Below are positions 6,452-16,439 of a stretch of 64,000 nucleotides of DNA, piece by piece; position 1 is the stretch's first letter, and each line of letters opens with the position of its first letter. A program made the position numbers and the translations under genes. The notes beneath the pieces were generated by a model, which worked only from the letters and a program-made list of their open reading frames with translations, was not told the DNA's origin and made no database searches. Origin of the DNA: a virus; IMG/VR virus record IMGVR_UViG_3300044771_000012, positions 1 to 64,000 of that record; one strand, given 5' to 3'.

Positions 6452-8404
6452 ATGGAAAAAATGAATCCTAAAAAATTGATTCTTCGGGGAGATCGACCCA
6501 AGGATTATCTTGCCCAAGCGAAACAGGCCCTTTTCCTTTTGAAAGAGCAACTGGGAATTCTCAATCTCGATACCGGGACAAGAAGAATAAAACTTCGATC
6601 AGGGGAAACCCTTACTGTTGCTCAGATTGCGGGTCTTCTCGATATAGTGAGGGTTTACGATCCGCCAATGGCGGGAGAAGAAGAAGTGTTTGAAGAATAT
6701 CTCTTTCCCGTGGGAGCCATGGTAACGGTTGACATTAGCGAGAAGAAAATTTTTTGGACGAGCGAGAAGCCGAATCGAAATCTCTTTATCGATCTTTCCA
6801 CGATTTGTCCAACCATGTATTCTGTCGGCCCGATTGCAGTTTTGGATTACGAATGCAGGATTGGAGTTTTCTTTTATCGAGCGACCTCTTCCTCGAATTG
6901 GACGGTTGTAAAATTTCAAGTTACCGATCCCGTCGTCGGAGTTTTTTATACCTGGGGCGAGAAGAAACATCTAAAATATTCCTTCAATTATATCAATACG
7001 GAGACTCTTTATTTCTCCCTGCAAGGAGGACAAGACGTTTACATCCCCGGTATCAGCCTCCATTATGGCAATTTCACTTACGACTCTCTTGTTCTTTCAT
7101 GGCAACCGTTAGCCTCCTACCACATTCGCCATGCGATTTGTTGGTGGACTCCTCCCGATCCCAATAACCCAGTATTCAGTCTTACCGATTTAAAATGGCA
7201 CGCTGTCTCCCATACGAATATTGAAATTGGGATTAAAGGATGGGTCGGCGGAAGTCCCCTATCGACAATGTGGTGGCTTAATCATTGGGTATGGTATTGG
7301 GCGGAGTCTGGGGTTACTGGGGTCGAGGGTGGGTGGACACGAGTGATCGATCCGCACGATTCAGATATGCAATTTGTTGTTACAGGATATGACCCCCCCC
7401 ATGTGGACTGGTGGTGGGAAAATCATCTTTCGACGACCGATCATGGATATGGGATGTCTAAGTCTGCCATTCTTCAAAAAGGTTACATCGATTATGACGC
7501 CGATCCTCCGAACGGCCCGTGGAATGTGGCATGGATCGCTCTTCGTCACACAGGTTGGTATTGGGCAAACGATCAGGATTATGAATTCGCCATTAATTGT
7601 ATGTCCTGCCATCCTCTCTTTAATGAAGACTGGACGGGCGTTAAGGGATACCTCAAGGTATGGGCCTGCCACAAACATGATGTGATCCCGGAACAAGCGA
7701 GTCAGCAAGTTTGGAATTCATCCTATGCGGTCGTGGTCGATAAAAGCGGCACGCCAGATTCTTATTATACCGAACGGATTTATAAACATGATTATTCCCG
7801 AAACAATCTGGCCATTCCAAACCTAACAAAATGGCACATCAACTATCATCGGGGTTTTGATTACAACATTGGATCGACCGGTGCGACTCATCGAAACACT
7901 CTGGGCGGCGGCAATTTGGCCCATGCGGAAGCTCACGATCCTTGGGCTGGCGAAATCACAAAGGGAACGGTTTATACCGATTTCTATTTCGCAAAAATTG
8001 CACCCTATATTCAATGGAATGGATGTTATTATTTTAAGTATCCAGAGAAAGACCTCTATGGCCATTCGGTTGAAGGTTCACCCGATCCCATTCCAAAGAT
8101 TCTCCTTCCCTCACAAAGATATATTTTCGGCCCGGTCACTCTTCACGGCGGAGGAAAAGAATTAAATCATCCCTACGTTTGGGATTTTATTCTCAGATCA
8201 AAATATACTCCGGTTGTTCTCGATGCCACGCCAAGAGATGCCAATGGTAAAACGATAAGTCCTTCGCCTTATGACGTAAGACTTAATGGAAGGAAAAGAG
8301 GCCCCCATCGAGGAATTTATGATTTTTATCAGTATCTTCATCAAGGATTCATTGAAGCAAATTTCGGTCTTATGCCCTTAAAGAAGGTGAAACTAATTCC
8401 ATGA
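6452..8404 (+). CDS. large Trp-rich hypothetical protein (650 aa)
   Basis: Long ORF directly upstream of TerL and overlapping it by ATGA. I recognise no family motif. Confidence 0.7.
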   Translation: MEKMNPKKLILRGDRPKDYLAQAKQALFLLKEQLGILNLDTGTRRIKLRSGETLTVAQIAGLLDIVRVYDPPMAGEEEVFEEYLFPVGAMVTVDISEKKIFWTSEKPNRNLFIDLSTICPTMYSVGPIAVLDYECRIGVFFYRATSSSNWTVVKFQVTDPVVGVFYTWGEKKHLKYSFNYINTETLYFSLQGGQDVYIPGISLHYGNFTYDSLVLSWQPLASYHIRHAICWWTPPDPNNPVFSLTDLKWHAVSHTNIEIGIKGWVGGSPLSTMWWLNHWVWYWAESGVTGVEGGWTRVIDPHDSDMQFVVTGYDPPHVDWWWENHLSTTDHGYGMSKSAILQKGYIDYDADPPNGPWNVAWIALRHTGWYWANDQDYEFAINCMSCHPLFNEDWTGVKGYLKVWACHKHDVIPEQASQQVWNSSYAVVVDKSGTPDSYYTERIYKHDYSRNNLAIPNLTKWHINYHRGFDYNIGSTGATHRNTLGGGNLAHAEAHDPWAGEITKGTVYTDFYFAKIAPYIQWNGCYYFKYPEKDLYGHSVEGSPDPIPKILLPSQRYIFGPVTLHGGGKELNHPYVWDFILRSKYTPVVLDATPRDANGKTISPSPYDVRLNGRKRGPHRGIYDFYQYLHQGFIEANFGLMPLKKVKLIP

Positions 8405-9990
8405 CCGCAGAAGAAGAGAAATTTTATCGAGTCGAACCCACCGTGGATTACTCGGTGAAATACGACTATTCGGATGTCCCGACGATTTTTACTTTTTCCC
8501 AGGACGACCGGAGCATCATGCGTGGCCTCATGGGGCCGTTTGGTTCCGGGAAATCTTCCGGTTGCATCATGGAAATCGTGAAACGAGCTCAGGAGCAAGC
8601 CCCTGGACGTGATGGAATAAGGCGAACAAGATGGGCGGCCATCCGAAATACGAACCGGGAACTTGACGACACAACGCTTGTCACCTGGTTTCATTGGATC
8701 AAGGAAGGGCAATTCGGATATTACGAGAAAACGCCTCGAAACTTCATCCTCCAATTAAAATGCGGCGACGGCACTTTTGCGGAGGCAGAAGTTCTTTTCC
8801 GGCCTCTCGATAAACCAGACGATGTTGAAAACCTTATGTCTCTTGAATTGACCGGGGCCTGGTTCAACGAGGTTCGCCACATCCCGAAACTGATCTGGGA
8901 CACCATGATCGGTCGAATCGGTCGCTATCCTGCCATGAAAGATGGCGGCCCCACCTGGTCGGGAATCATCGGAGATACTAACCCGCCGGATACGGATCAT
9001 TGGTATTACACTCTCTTCGAGGAAGACAAACCAAGGGTGTGTCCAGAATGCACGAACCCGGATGGCGGCTTTGTGATGTTCATCCGTGATGATCCCAAAA
9101 ACTATAACCTCCCTCTTTATTGCCCTAAGTGTGGTCGGAAGGAAGAGGAGGGCATCCCAATGACACAGATTTATAAGCAACCGTCCGGTCGGAGCCCGGA
9201 AGCTGAAAACCTTCGTAATCTGCGACCGGGTTATTATTCAAATCTCATGGTTGGAAAGGATCAAGGATGGGTCACGGTATATGTCGATGGAAAGTATGGC
9301 TATGTGAGAGACGGCAAACCTGTTTACATGAACTGGTCGGATTTTTTCCATCTTGCCCAAAAAGACATCGAACCTCATCGGAGTTATCCCTTGATCTGCG
9401 GTTACGACTGCACGGGAAGAAATCAAGCGTGGGTGGTGAATCAATGGTTCCCAAACGGAAGGTTCAACACCTATGATGAACTTTATTCGGAGGACACCGA
9501 TGTTCGGACATTCCTGAGTGAAGTCGTTAAGCCATTTATGACGGCCAAATATCAAGGACTTCCGGTGAGGATCATTGGAGACCCCGCAGGGAAAACCCGT
9601 GCCGATACAGATTCAAGTAACGCCTTCAAGGAAGCCAAACTTCAAAAAACCATCATTCACCCGGCCTATTCAAACACCTGGGACGCCCGTTACGGTGCTG
9701 TAAACCGCCTCCTGACCGGGACTCCAATAGATAACCGTGGTCGATATCAACTTAATCCTCGATGCAAAATGCTCCACAAGGGATTTCTCGGAGAATACAG
9801 GTTGGATCGAGTGCAGGTTACGGGCCAAGAACGTTTCAAAGATCAACCAGCAAAAAATAAGGCTTCCCATCCGCATGACGCTCTCCAATATGCGGTGATG
9901 GGAACGGAACGATCAATGGAAGAATTCGGACGTAGTTCACGACCGGCAAGATCGGCACAACCCTCTGCACCCATGGGGGCGTTTACTTAG
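8401..9990 (+). CDS. terL: terminase large subunit
   Basis: Walker A GPFGSGKSS, Walker B-like LELTGAWFNE. C-terminal nuclease-type motifs IIGDPAGKTRAD and HPHDALQYAV. Confidence 0.85.
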   Translation: MTAEEEKFYRVEPTVDYSVKYDYSDVPTIFTFSQDDRSIMRGLMGPFGSGKSSGCIMEIVKRAQEQAPGRDGIRRTRWAAIRNTNRELDDTTLVTWFHWIKEGQFGYYEKTPRNFILQLKCGDGTFAEAEVLFRPLDKPDDVENLMSLELTGAWFNEVRHIPKLIWDTMIGRIGRYPAMKDGGPTWSGIIGDTNPPDTDHWYYTLFEEDKPRVCPECTNPDGGFVMFIRDDPKNYNLPLYCPKCGRKEEEGIPMTQIYKQPSGRSPEAENLRNLRPGYYSNLMVGKDQGWVTVYVDGKYGYVRDGKPVYMNWSDFFHLAQKDIEPHRSYPLICGYDCTGRNQAWVVNQWFPNGRFNTYDELYSEDTDVRTFLSEVVKPFMTAKYQGLPVRIIGDPAGKTRADTDSSNAFKEAKLQKTIIHPAYSNTWDARYGAVNRLLTGTPIDNRGRYQLNPRCKMLHKGFLGEYRLDRVQVTGQERFKDQPAKNKASHPHDALQYAVMGTERSMEEFGRSSRPARSAQPSAPMGAFT

Positions 9991-9999
9991 AAGAGTTAA

Positions 10000-10164
10000 A
10001 TGGAAGACGAAGAAAAAGAAAAAAGTGAATCCGATTTAGAACCAAAAGATACTCTTGAAATAAAATATCCATGGGGTTTTGTCGTTAACGTCAAGCAAAG
10101 CTCTGGCAGACATAGAATTTATAAAGGGCCAGACGGTTCGATTGTCGAAAAAGACAAAAGTTAA
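10000..10164 (+). CDS. small hypothetical protein (54 aa)
   Basis: ATG-to-TAA ORF filling the TerL-portal gap. Below the track cutoff. Confidence 0.4.
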   Translation: MEDEEKEKSESDLEPKDTLEIKYPWGFVVNVKQSSGRHRIYKGPDGSIVEKDKS

Positions 10165-10176
10165 AAGGAGATCGCC

Positions 10177-12255
10177 ATGGGACTTATTCAAATGAAATCT
10201 AATCAGCAGATGGTCGTGGAAGAAGAAAAAGCCATCCAAGACCTAATCTCTTTCGAGGAAGAAAAAACGATCACTCGGATCACCGATAGTCTTTCTTCTT
10301 ATCTCCACAGTGCGTTTGAGGACGCCAAAAAAGAGAAGCGAGCCGTTGAAAACCAAATTCTCGATAACATGAGAGCGATCAAGGGAGAATATGATTCGGC
10401 AAAAATGGCGGACATAAATAAACTTGGGGGTTCTACAATTTATATGATGCTCACCGAAACCAAGGCTCGTAATTGCGAAGCCTGGGTGAAAGATATTCTC
10501 TTCCAGCCGAACAATATCCCGTGGGACATCGAGCCAACCCCGATGCCAGACCTGCCCGGCGATCTCGAAACCACGATCATCGAAGATTTCATGCAACAAA
10601 CGGTCGATACCGTTATCACCATGTCCATGCAAAGCGGGGCTCCCGTCGATCAGAACCTTCTCAGCAAACGATTAAAAGCCGCCATCCCCGAAATTAAGGC
10701 GGGGGCGAAGCAGGCGATTAAAAATTATGCCAAGGAAAAGGCAGAAGAAATGAAAGACCAGATCAACGATCAACTTGTCGAGGGCGGATGGTATGACGCC
10801 TTTGACGAGATCATCCCCGATGCCATTCTTAAAACGGGAATTCTGAAAGGGCCAACCCTGAGAATAGAAAATCAGAGAAAGGTGGACATCGACGATGAGG
10901 GAAATCCAACGTTGACCGTAGAGCCAACAAAAATTCCCACCTATGAACGAAGACCTCCTCTCGATATTTACCCTGGCCCTGGGGCGACAGGATTCGATAA
11001 TGCCTACCTCTTCGATAAGCTCGCTTATAGTCCATCTCAAATTCAAGGGTTCATCGGATTACCTGGATTCAAGGAAAAAGAAATCAGACTGGTTCTCCAA
11101 GAATGCGAAGGCGGGACGTTGCGTGAATGGACAAGCATTGATACCGAAAGAGCGGAGATGGAAGAGAAACCCGTCGAAATGATCCGTGACTGGGAAGAGG
11201 TTGATGTCCTCGAATTCTGGGGGCCGGTGCAGGGAAAGACGCTTCACGAATGGGATGAAGGATTGAAAAAGAAAGCTCCCGATGCAGACAAGTTTTATGA
11301 GATCAACGCTTACCTGGTGGGAAACCACGTTATCAAGGCGATCTTGAATCCTGATCCGATGGGCAAGAAGCCTTATTCCAAGGTTTCCTTTATCGAGAAA
11401 GCTGGTTCATTTTGGGGTGTGGGCCTGCCAGAGGTTATTGCCGATCTCCAAGCCGCCTGCAATGCGTGTGCCCGTGCTCTCGTGAATAACGTCGGCATGG
11501 CTTCCGGCCCACAGGTGGTCATTAACGAAGAAATGCTGGCCGATTTCGAGAAGGGTGACTTCGTTCCGTGGAAGAGATGGTGGGTCAATGACAACGACGC
11601 CTCCGCACCGGGAAGGAAGGCCATCGAATTTTACCAACCGACCTTGATCGCCCAACAACTGATTTCCGTCTTTGAATTCTTTATGAAGCAAGCCGATGAA
11701 TCAAGCGGTGTCCCGGCCTATGCTCACGGCGATCCCCAGGTCGGCGGGGGCGGGAACACGGCTTCTGGTCTCTCGATGTTAATGACCATGGCCGCACGAG
11801 GGATCAAACTCTTCGTTAAAAACATTGACCGGAAAGCTATCGAGGATTCGATCCGGCGTCAATACTATTGGAACATGGAACGGAAAAAATTTGCTGGCCT
11901 CGTGGGAGACCAGAAGATCGTTGCGAAGGGTTCTGTCTCCTTGATCGCCAAAGAACAGCAAGCCACCCGGATGACCGAACTTCTTTCGATCTCAACACAG
12001 ACACAGGTTCTCCAACCGCAGGAGACGAGAAAGTTGTTTAAGAAAGTTTTAAAGACCCACGAGATCGATCCGAAAGAGATCATGGATGATTCTCCAATTC
12101 CACTCTCAACGATGGCTGGCTACCAGCCAAATGCAATTCCGAGCCTGGCGAAACCGGCGACACTCAATGCCGCAGGGGAACCGGCTCAAGGAACAGATTT
12201 TCAAACAGTCTTAGGGCGAGGAGGCCCGGCATCGAGCCCGGCTCCGGCCAGATGA
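10177..12255 (+). CDS. putative portal protein
   Basis: 692-aa ORF immediately downstream of TerL, with an AAGGAGA RBS. The call rests on position and size only. Confidence 0.55.
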   Translation: MGLIQMKSNQQMVVEEEKAIQDLISFEEEKTITRITDSLSSYLHSAFEDAKKEKRAVENQILDNMRAIKGEYDSAKMADINKLGGSTIYMMLTETKARNCEAWVKDILFQPNNIPWDIEPTPMPDLPGDLETTIIEDFMQQTVDTVITMSMQSGAPVDQNLLSKRLKAAIPEIKAGAKQAIKNYAKEKAEEMKDQINDQLVEGGWYDAFDEIIPDAILKTGILKGPTLRIENQRKVDIDDEGNPTLTVEPTKIPTYERRPPLDIYPGPGATGFDNAYLFDKLAYSPSQIQGFIGLPGFKEKEIRLVLQECEGGTLREWTSIDTERAEMEEKPVEMIRDWEEVDVLEFWGPVQGKTLHEWDEGLKKKAPDADKFYEINAYLVGNHVIKAILNPDPMGKKPYSKVSFIEKAGSFWGVGLPEVIADLQAACNACARALVNNVGMASGPQVVINEEMLADFEKGDFVPWKRWWVNDNDASAPGRKAIEFYQPTLIAQQLISVFEFFMKQADESSGVPAYAHGDPQVGGGGNTASGLSMLMTMAARGIKLFVKNIDRKAIEDSIRRQYYWNMERKKFAGLVGDQKIVAKGSVSLIAKEQQATRMTELLSISTQTQVLQPQETRKLFKKVLKTHEIDPKEIMDDSPIPLSTMAGYQPNAIPSLAKPATLNAAGEPAQGTDFQTVLGRGGPASSPAPAR

Positions 12256-12268
12256 AAGGAGGGATAAT

Positions 12269-12616
12269 ATGGGATCAAGAATTCTGGATGGTGTAATAAT
12301 AGCGGCAGTTGGGCCTGCTCATCGGAGTGGGGCGGCCAATCATACCGTCATGGTATGGCTAAGTGTCACCGGGGGAACGTTGGCAACGGTTGTTAAATTC
12401 ACGGTGCAAGGTCGAATCCGTGGCGATGGGGTTCCCGATGTGTGGATGACGGTGGTTGCAGAACATACCTTCTCCGGGGGTGAATTGACGGCGTTGTGTG
12501 CCTACGAGACAGTGGCGGGAAAGCCCGTTGACGACATTCGGGTCAACGTTGGCACTCTTACGCAGGGGACAGGTGTGACAAGGGTTTATGCTGAATACAA
12601 GAGCGAATTGAATTAA
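12269..12616 (+). CDS. hypothetical virion-module protein
   Basis: ORF after AAGGAGGG. Confidence 0.6.
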   Translation: MGSRILDGVIIAAVGPAHRSGAANHTVMVWLSVTGGTLATVVKFTVQGRIRGDGVPDVWMTVVAEHTFSGGELTALCAYETVAGKPVDDIRVNVGTLTQGTGVTRVYAEYKSELN

Positions 12617-12639
12617 CTCGCAGAGGGAGGGAGGATTTT

Positions 12640-12942
12640 ATGGCTTCAAACATTTCAATGATCCAGATCACGGAGGACGCATTGAGAGCGATGGCAAATC
12701 TCAATGGAAGCATGGAGCCGAATTGGATAGAAATCAAGAAGTGGCTTCGAGAATCAAAGGAGACCTTACAGAGGATGGCGACTTTTGCCGTGGACGTTCC
12801 GGCGGACAAGGTGAGGTTTTTTCAGGGCCTCGCCTGGGCCATGAACGATCTTTACGTCTTCGCAGAATCTCCGAAAGAAGCCATGGAGAAAATTCAAGTG
12901 GCAAGGGAGCGGGCGGAGAAGAAACTCGAAGGTGTGGCATGA
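12640..12942 (+). CDS. hypothetical protein
   Basis: ORF after GGGAGGGAGG. Confidence 0.6.
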   Translation: MASNISMIQITEDALRAMANLNGSMEPNWIEIKKWLRESKETLQRMATFAVDVPADKVRFFQGLAWAMNDLYVFAESPKEAMEKIQVARERAEKKLEGVA

Positions 12943-13127
12943 CCCCTGCGAAGGAGATCATGGAAATTCTCATCCGTTGTAAGGTCATTCCGCCCGATTA
13001 CGTGGGACAGGTTGTTCTTCACATCGGTCAAGGGGGCCTCTGCGATGTGGAGAGTCGAATTAAAGGATTAAAGAGGCTCCTCGAAAATCAAATACAGGAG
13101 GGCAAATCAAATGGCAAAATGGGTTGA
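12939..13127 (+). CDS. hypothetical protein (62 aa)
   Basis: ATGA coupling. Internal start of track ORF 12723..13127. Confidence 0.45.
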   Translation: MTPAKEIMEILIRCKVIPPDYVGQVVLHIGQGGLCDVESRIKGLKRLLENQIQEGKSNGKMG

Positions 13128-13515
13128 TGTTGGAGAAAACAGGGTTGCGAATATTCTGTTTAAGGCAACTGCGGTGGATGCAAGCCTCTGGATGGGTCTT
13201 TTTACGAATAACACGGAGCCCGCAGAAACGGCCCAGATGACAGACATCACAGAGCACGCACTCGGAACCGATGGGTATAACCGGATAGAACTTGTCCGTG
13301 GGACGTGGGTGATTACTGCCGATCATGCCGACTATGCACAGCAAACCTTCACTTGTTCCGGGGTCGATTGGGGCAATCAATATGGTTACTATATTAACAC
13401 GGCTCAAACGGGGACTGCGGGAATACTCCTGGCCGTGGAACTTTTCTCGAATGGCCCCTACAATGTGGTCGTTGGCGGATCGGTCAAGATCACCCCGAAG
13501 ATCACCGTGGCATAA
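13111..13515 (+). CDS. hypothetical virion-module protein
   Basis: ORF after ACAGGAGG. Followed by a 9-bp perfect hairpin (13514-13542). Confidence 0.6.
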   Translation: MAKWVDVGENRVANILFKATAVDASLWMGLFTNNTEPAETAQMTDITEHALGTDGYNRIELVRGTWVITADHADYAQQTFTCSGVDWGNQYGYYINTAQTGTAGILLAVELFSNGPYNVVVGGSVKITPKITVA

Positions 13516-13586
13516 CTTTACACGCTTAACGATGTAAAGTTAAATGCACAAAAGGGATCGGTTTGTCAAGTTAAAGGAGGTCTATC

Positions 13587-13874
13587 ATGGCCGTTGGAGA
13601 TGTCAAGAGTGATCTTCAAAGTATCGCCGCCGCCGGATTTCTGAGCCTCCAACCAGGAGCCGGAGAGGAATGGGTTATCCACAATATCTATCACGAATCG
13701 AAAGTCGAATTGTATTTTTATGATGGATCAAACTCACTCCTCTTCGATGCCGATACGGGTCTGGGTGTTTGGGCCTGGTATGAATTCCATGTCACCAATT
13801 CAAAATATATCCGTGTGAAAAATACGGATAGTGTCGCAAAACTGGTTGGGTATGATGGGGTTCAGACAAAATGA
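13587..13874 (+). CDS. hypothetical protein
   Basis: ORF after AAAGGAGG. Confidence 0.6.
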   Translation: MAVGDVKSDLQSIAAAGFLSLQPGAGEEWVIHNIYHESKVELYFYDGSNSLLFDADTGLGVWAWYEFHVTNSKYIRVKNTDSVAKLVGYDGVQTK

Positions 13875-14452
13875 GAGGCAGGATTTATCGGGGCACGGTG
13901 ACTCATCATTTCAAACAACATGAGCTTGCAGATTTTTATGAAAGCCCAATATGGGAAGGTCTCGCTGGCGTCGGCACATTAGGAACATCCTCTCTCACCC
14001 TCAATAATCTCTATTCTTGTTTTTTTTGGAAAGGTCAAAAAAGGACATTTAACAGGATCGCAATCGAGGTTACGGGAGCGATCACGGGGAATGCCCGGCT
14101 TGGAGTTTATGTAGATGACGGGAATCTCTATCCCGCAAACCTCGTGTTGGATGCCGGAGAAATAGACCTCTCATCAATCGGCGTCAAAGAACTTACGACC
14201 CCTTCTCCTCTCATCCTCCCAGAAAATAGAATTCATTGGCTGGTCTATCTCGCCTCCGCAACCGCTACCATAAGGGTCTTCCTTTCTTCAAACGATGCCG
14301 CCTGTCCTATCATGGGATATTCATCTTTTGGTCAATCAGCCTGGCAGACAGGATGGTCTAAGTCTCAAACTTATGGAAGTTTACCCAATCCATTTCCTGC
14401 CGGGGCTTCTAATCTTTACACGGCCCCGCACATTATTTTGAGGAAAATATGA
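13871..14452 (+). CDS. paralog 1 of a tandem triplicated family (C-terminal YGxLPNPFP motif)
   Basis: ATGA coupling. Shares LGVYxDxG, IHW/LYW/IYW and YGSLPNPFP blocks with the next two genes. Confidence 0.65.
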   Translation: MRGRIYRGTVTHHFKQHELADFYESPIWEGLAGVGTLGTSSLTLNNLYSCFFWKGQKRTFNRIAIEVTGAITGNARLGVYVDDGNLYPANLVLDAGEIDLSSIGVKELTTPSPLILPENRIHWLVYLASATATIRVFLSSNDAACPIMGYSSFGQSAWQTGWSKSQTYGSLPNPFPAGASNLYTAPHIILRKI

Positions 14453-15063
14453 GATTGAGCAGGGGAACTCCAAGCCCTTTTAGTATGTGGATGGCGTGCA
14501 AAACCGGAGTATTGAGAGTTGGAACAATGAGTCGAATTGCGGGACTGTATTCAACAAGAATAGGGATTGATGTTGCGGATGAACTTCGGGCTTATCCTAT
14601 CTTTTTCCATCGGACTTTCAAATTCGGTTCTATGGGAAGTTATTTCTATGAGTGGCCAGCAATGACGTTAGTGAACGGATTGATTCGCATGGGCGTTTAT
14701 GAAGACAACGGCAATAAGTTTCCGGGAAAACTTTGCTTTGAAGTAGGGAGGGCCTTGAATTGGACTGATTCAGAATGGGATGAATACGGAAATGCGTGGA
14801 TGATGCCCACGATTACGGGTGGGTTTATCCCAAGCCCAACAAAACTCTATTGGACGGCCCATGTGAGAAATACACCTTCTGCGGGCAATTTTAGGGGATC
14901 GGGATTTGTTCATGCCCCACCAGTATTGGGGTATCGACCATCGGACGGAAACACGATCCAGATGGGATACAAAAAGACCTATACCTATGGGGCACTTCCG
15001 AATCCTTTTCCTTCGGATGCCGTCTTCAACAATACGGACGATGCTTTGGTGTTAGGAGTATGA
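14449..15063 (+). CDS. paralog 2 of the tandem triplicated family
   Basis: ATGA coupling. Contains IRMGVYEDNG, LYWTAHV and YGALPNPFP. Confidence 0.65.
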   Translation: MRLSRGTPSPFSMWMACKTGVLRVGTMSRIAGLYSTRIGIDVADELRAYPIFFHRTFKFGSMGSYFYEWPAMTLVNGLIRMGVYEDNGNKFPGKLCFEVGRALNWTDSEWDEYGNAWMMPTITGGFIPSPTKLYWTAHVRNTPSAGNFRGSGFVHAPPVLGYRPSDGNTIQMGYKKTYTYGALPNPFPSDAVFNNTDDALVLGV

Positions 15064-15665
15064 GAGTAATCCCAATTCAAAGTGCAGGCTATTTGGATAT
15101 TTTTAAATTCAGGAGAAAAGGTAACTGGACGAACGGGTGTCCCACGCCGAGAGCAACGCCCGTTGATCCGGTTTACTGGGGTTATTATTACGGATATTAT
15201 TACAGCCAACCTATTTTAGAGTTTTGCCCAATGTGGTTCCCCGAAACCGTTCGGGTTGATCGACTTGCCTTCTATAACTGCACAGGCGTTGGTGGTGGTC
15301 TTGCCCGATGCGGTATCTATCTTGGGAAAAGATCGGGATCAATAATTCAAGTCCATTATCCTGATAGACTTATCGTGGATGGAGGAGAAAAGGATTGTAG
15401 CACGACCGGCCTCAAGGAGACCTCCTTCGACCCACCATTGATTTTATCGGGGCCACAAATTTATTGGACTGCTTTTCTTGGCAATAGTTTGAACCTTCAA
15501 CCATGGATGCGGAATGTATGCTCTGGATACTTAAACGCAGACACAAATGAACTTTTTGGTCTTTGGAAAAATCCTTATTCTTACGGAGTCCTTCCCGATC
15601 CGGCTCCTTCTTCGATGTCCCAGGGAAGTTCGTTGGGTATCCAGATTCAAGTGAGATTACTATGA
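15060..15665 (+). CDS. paralog 3 of the tandem triplicated family
   Basis: ATGA coupling. Contains ARCGIYLG, IYWTAFL and YGVLPDPAP. Confidence 0.65.
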   Translation: MRVIPIQSAGYLDIFKFRRKGNWTNGCPTPRATPVDPVYWGYYYGYYYSQPILEFCPMWFPETVRVDRLAFYNCTGVGGGLARCGIYLGKRSGSIIQVHYPDRLIVDGGEKDCSTTGLKETSFDPPLILSGPQIYWTAFLGNSLNLQPWMRNVCSGYLNADTNELFGLWKNPYSYGVLPDPAPSSMSQGSSLGIQIQVRLL

Positions 15666-16438
15666 TTTATGAAGGAAAATCTTATATCCAAATGGGTGAG
15701 TGTAACCGATGTGGGATGTGTTGCACTCATTGTCCTCACATTAGATTTACCTCTCCCGATCAGTCCTATTGTGTCATCTATGATTCACGCCCGCCAGCGT
15801 GCAAAGAATTCCCGGACGGCCCGGCGGCTCTAACCCATCCTTCCATCGCCGATAAATGCGGTTATCGTTTTATCCTAACTGAAAAAATCCTTGTGGGTTG
15901 TGCCACATACGATGGGAAAGAATATTGCTTCGAGGAATATCTAAAAGTCTACGAAACCATTGATTACCCAGTGAAAGAGATGATGATGGTTGATACATCG
16001 AAAACGTCAGATTTTTTTATGAGATGGTGTGATCGGTTAAATCTTAAACGAATAGAGATCAACGAAGGGCCTAACCGAAGGATCGCCCTGGGCATGGAAA
16101 CCCTAAGAGAATATTTCCTTCAATCAGATTGTGATAGGTGGTTGAACCTTGAAGCGGACGTGATTATTCCACCAGAAACCCTTAAAGTTCTTCTTTCTTT
16201 CGGAAAGATCGACTGGATTTCACATTGTTATCCATTAAGGGCCAAAGAGCCAAATAGCCGTCAAATAAATACCGCAGGATTCGGATGCGTTCTTTTTTCA
16301 AGGAAACTTATCGAGCAACATGGTTTCTCCGATGCTCCCGCAGAAACGACAACGGATGGTTGGTATTGGAGAAAGGTTGAGGGAAGGTGTTCTGCCGTGG
16401 ATATTTGGGGTATCCTCGACATAAAACATAGAGGATAG
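15662..16438 (+). CDS. CxxCxxCC (YkgJ/UPF0153-like) metal-cluster domain fused to a glycosyltransferase-like domain
   Basis: ATGA-coupled ATG at 15662. N-terminus has CNRCGMCCTHCPH...YCVIYDSRPPACKEFP. The C-terminal half looks GT-A-like (ILVGCATYDG...LNLEADVII...GFGCVLFSR). Confidence 0.55.
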   Translation: MIYEGKSYIQMGECNRCGMCCTHCPHIRFTSPDQSYCVIYDSRPPACKEFPDGPAALTHPSIADKCGYRFILTEKILVGCATYDGKEYCFEEYLKVYETIDYPVKEMMMVDTSKTSDFFMRWCDRLNLKRIEINEGPNRRIALGMETLREYFLQSDCDRWLNLEADVIIPPETLKVLLSFGKIDWISHCYPLRAKEPNSRQINTAGFGCVLFSRKLIEQHGFSDAPAETTTDGWYWRKVEGRCSAVDIWGILDIKHRG

Positions 16439-16439
16439 A

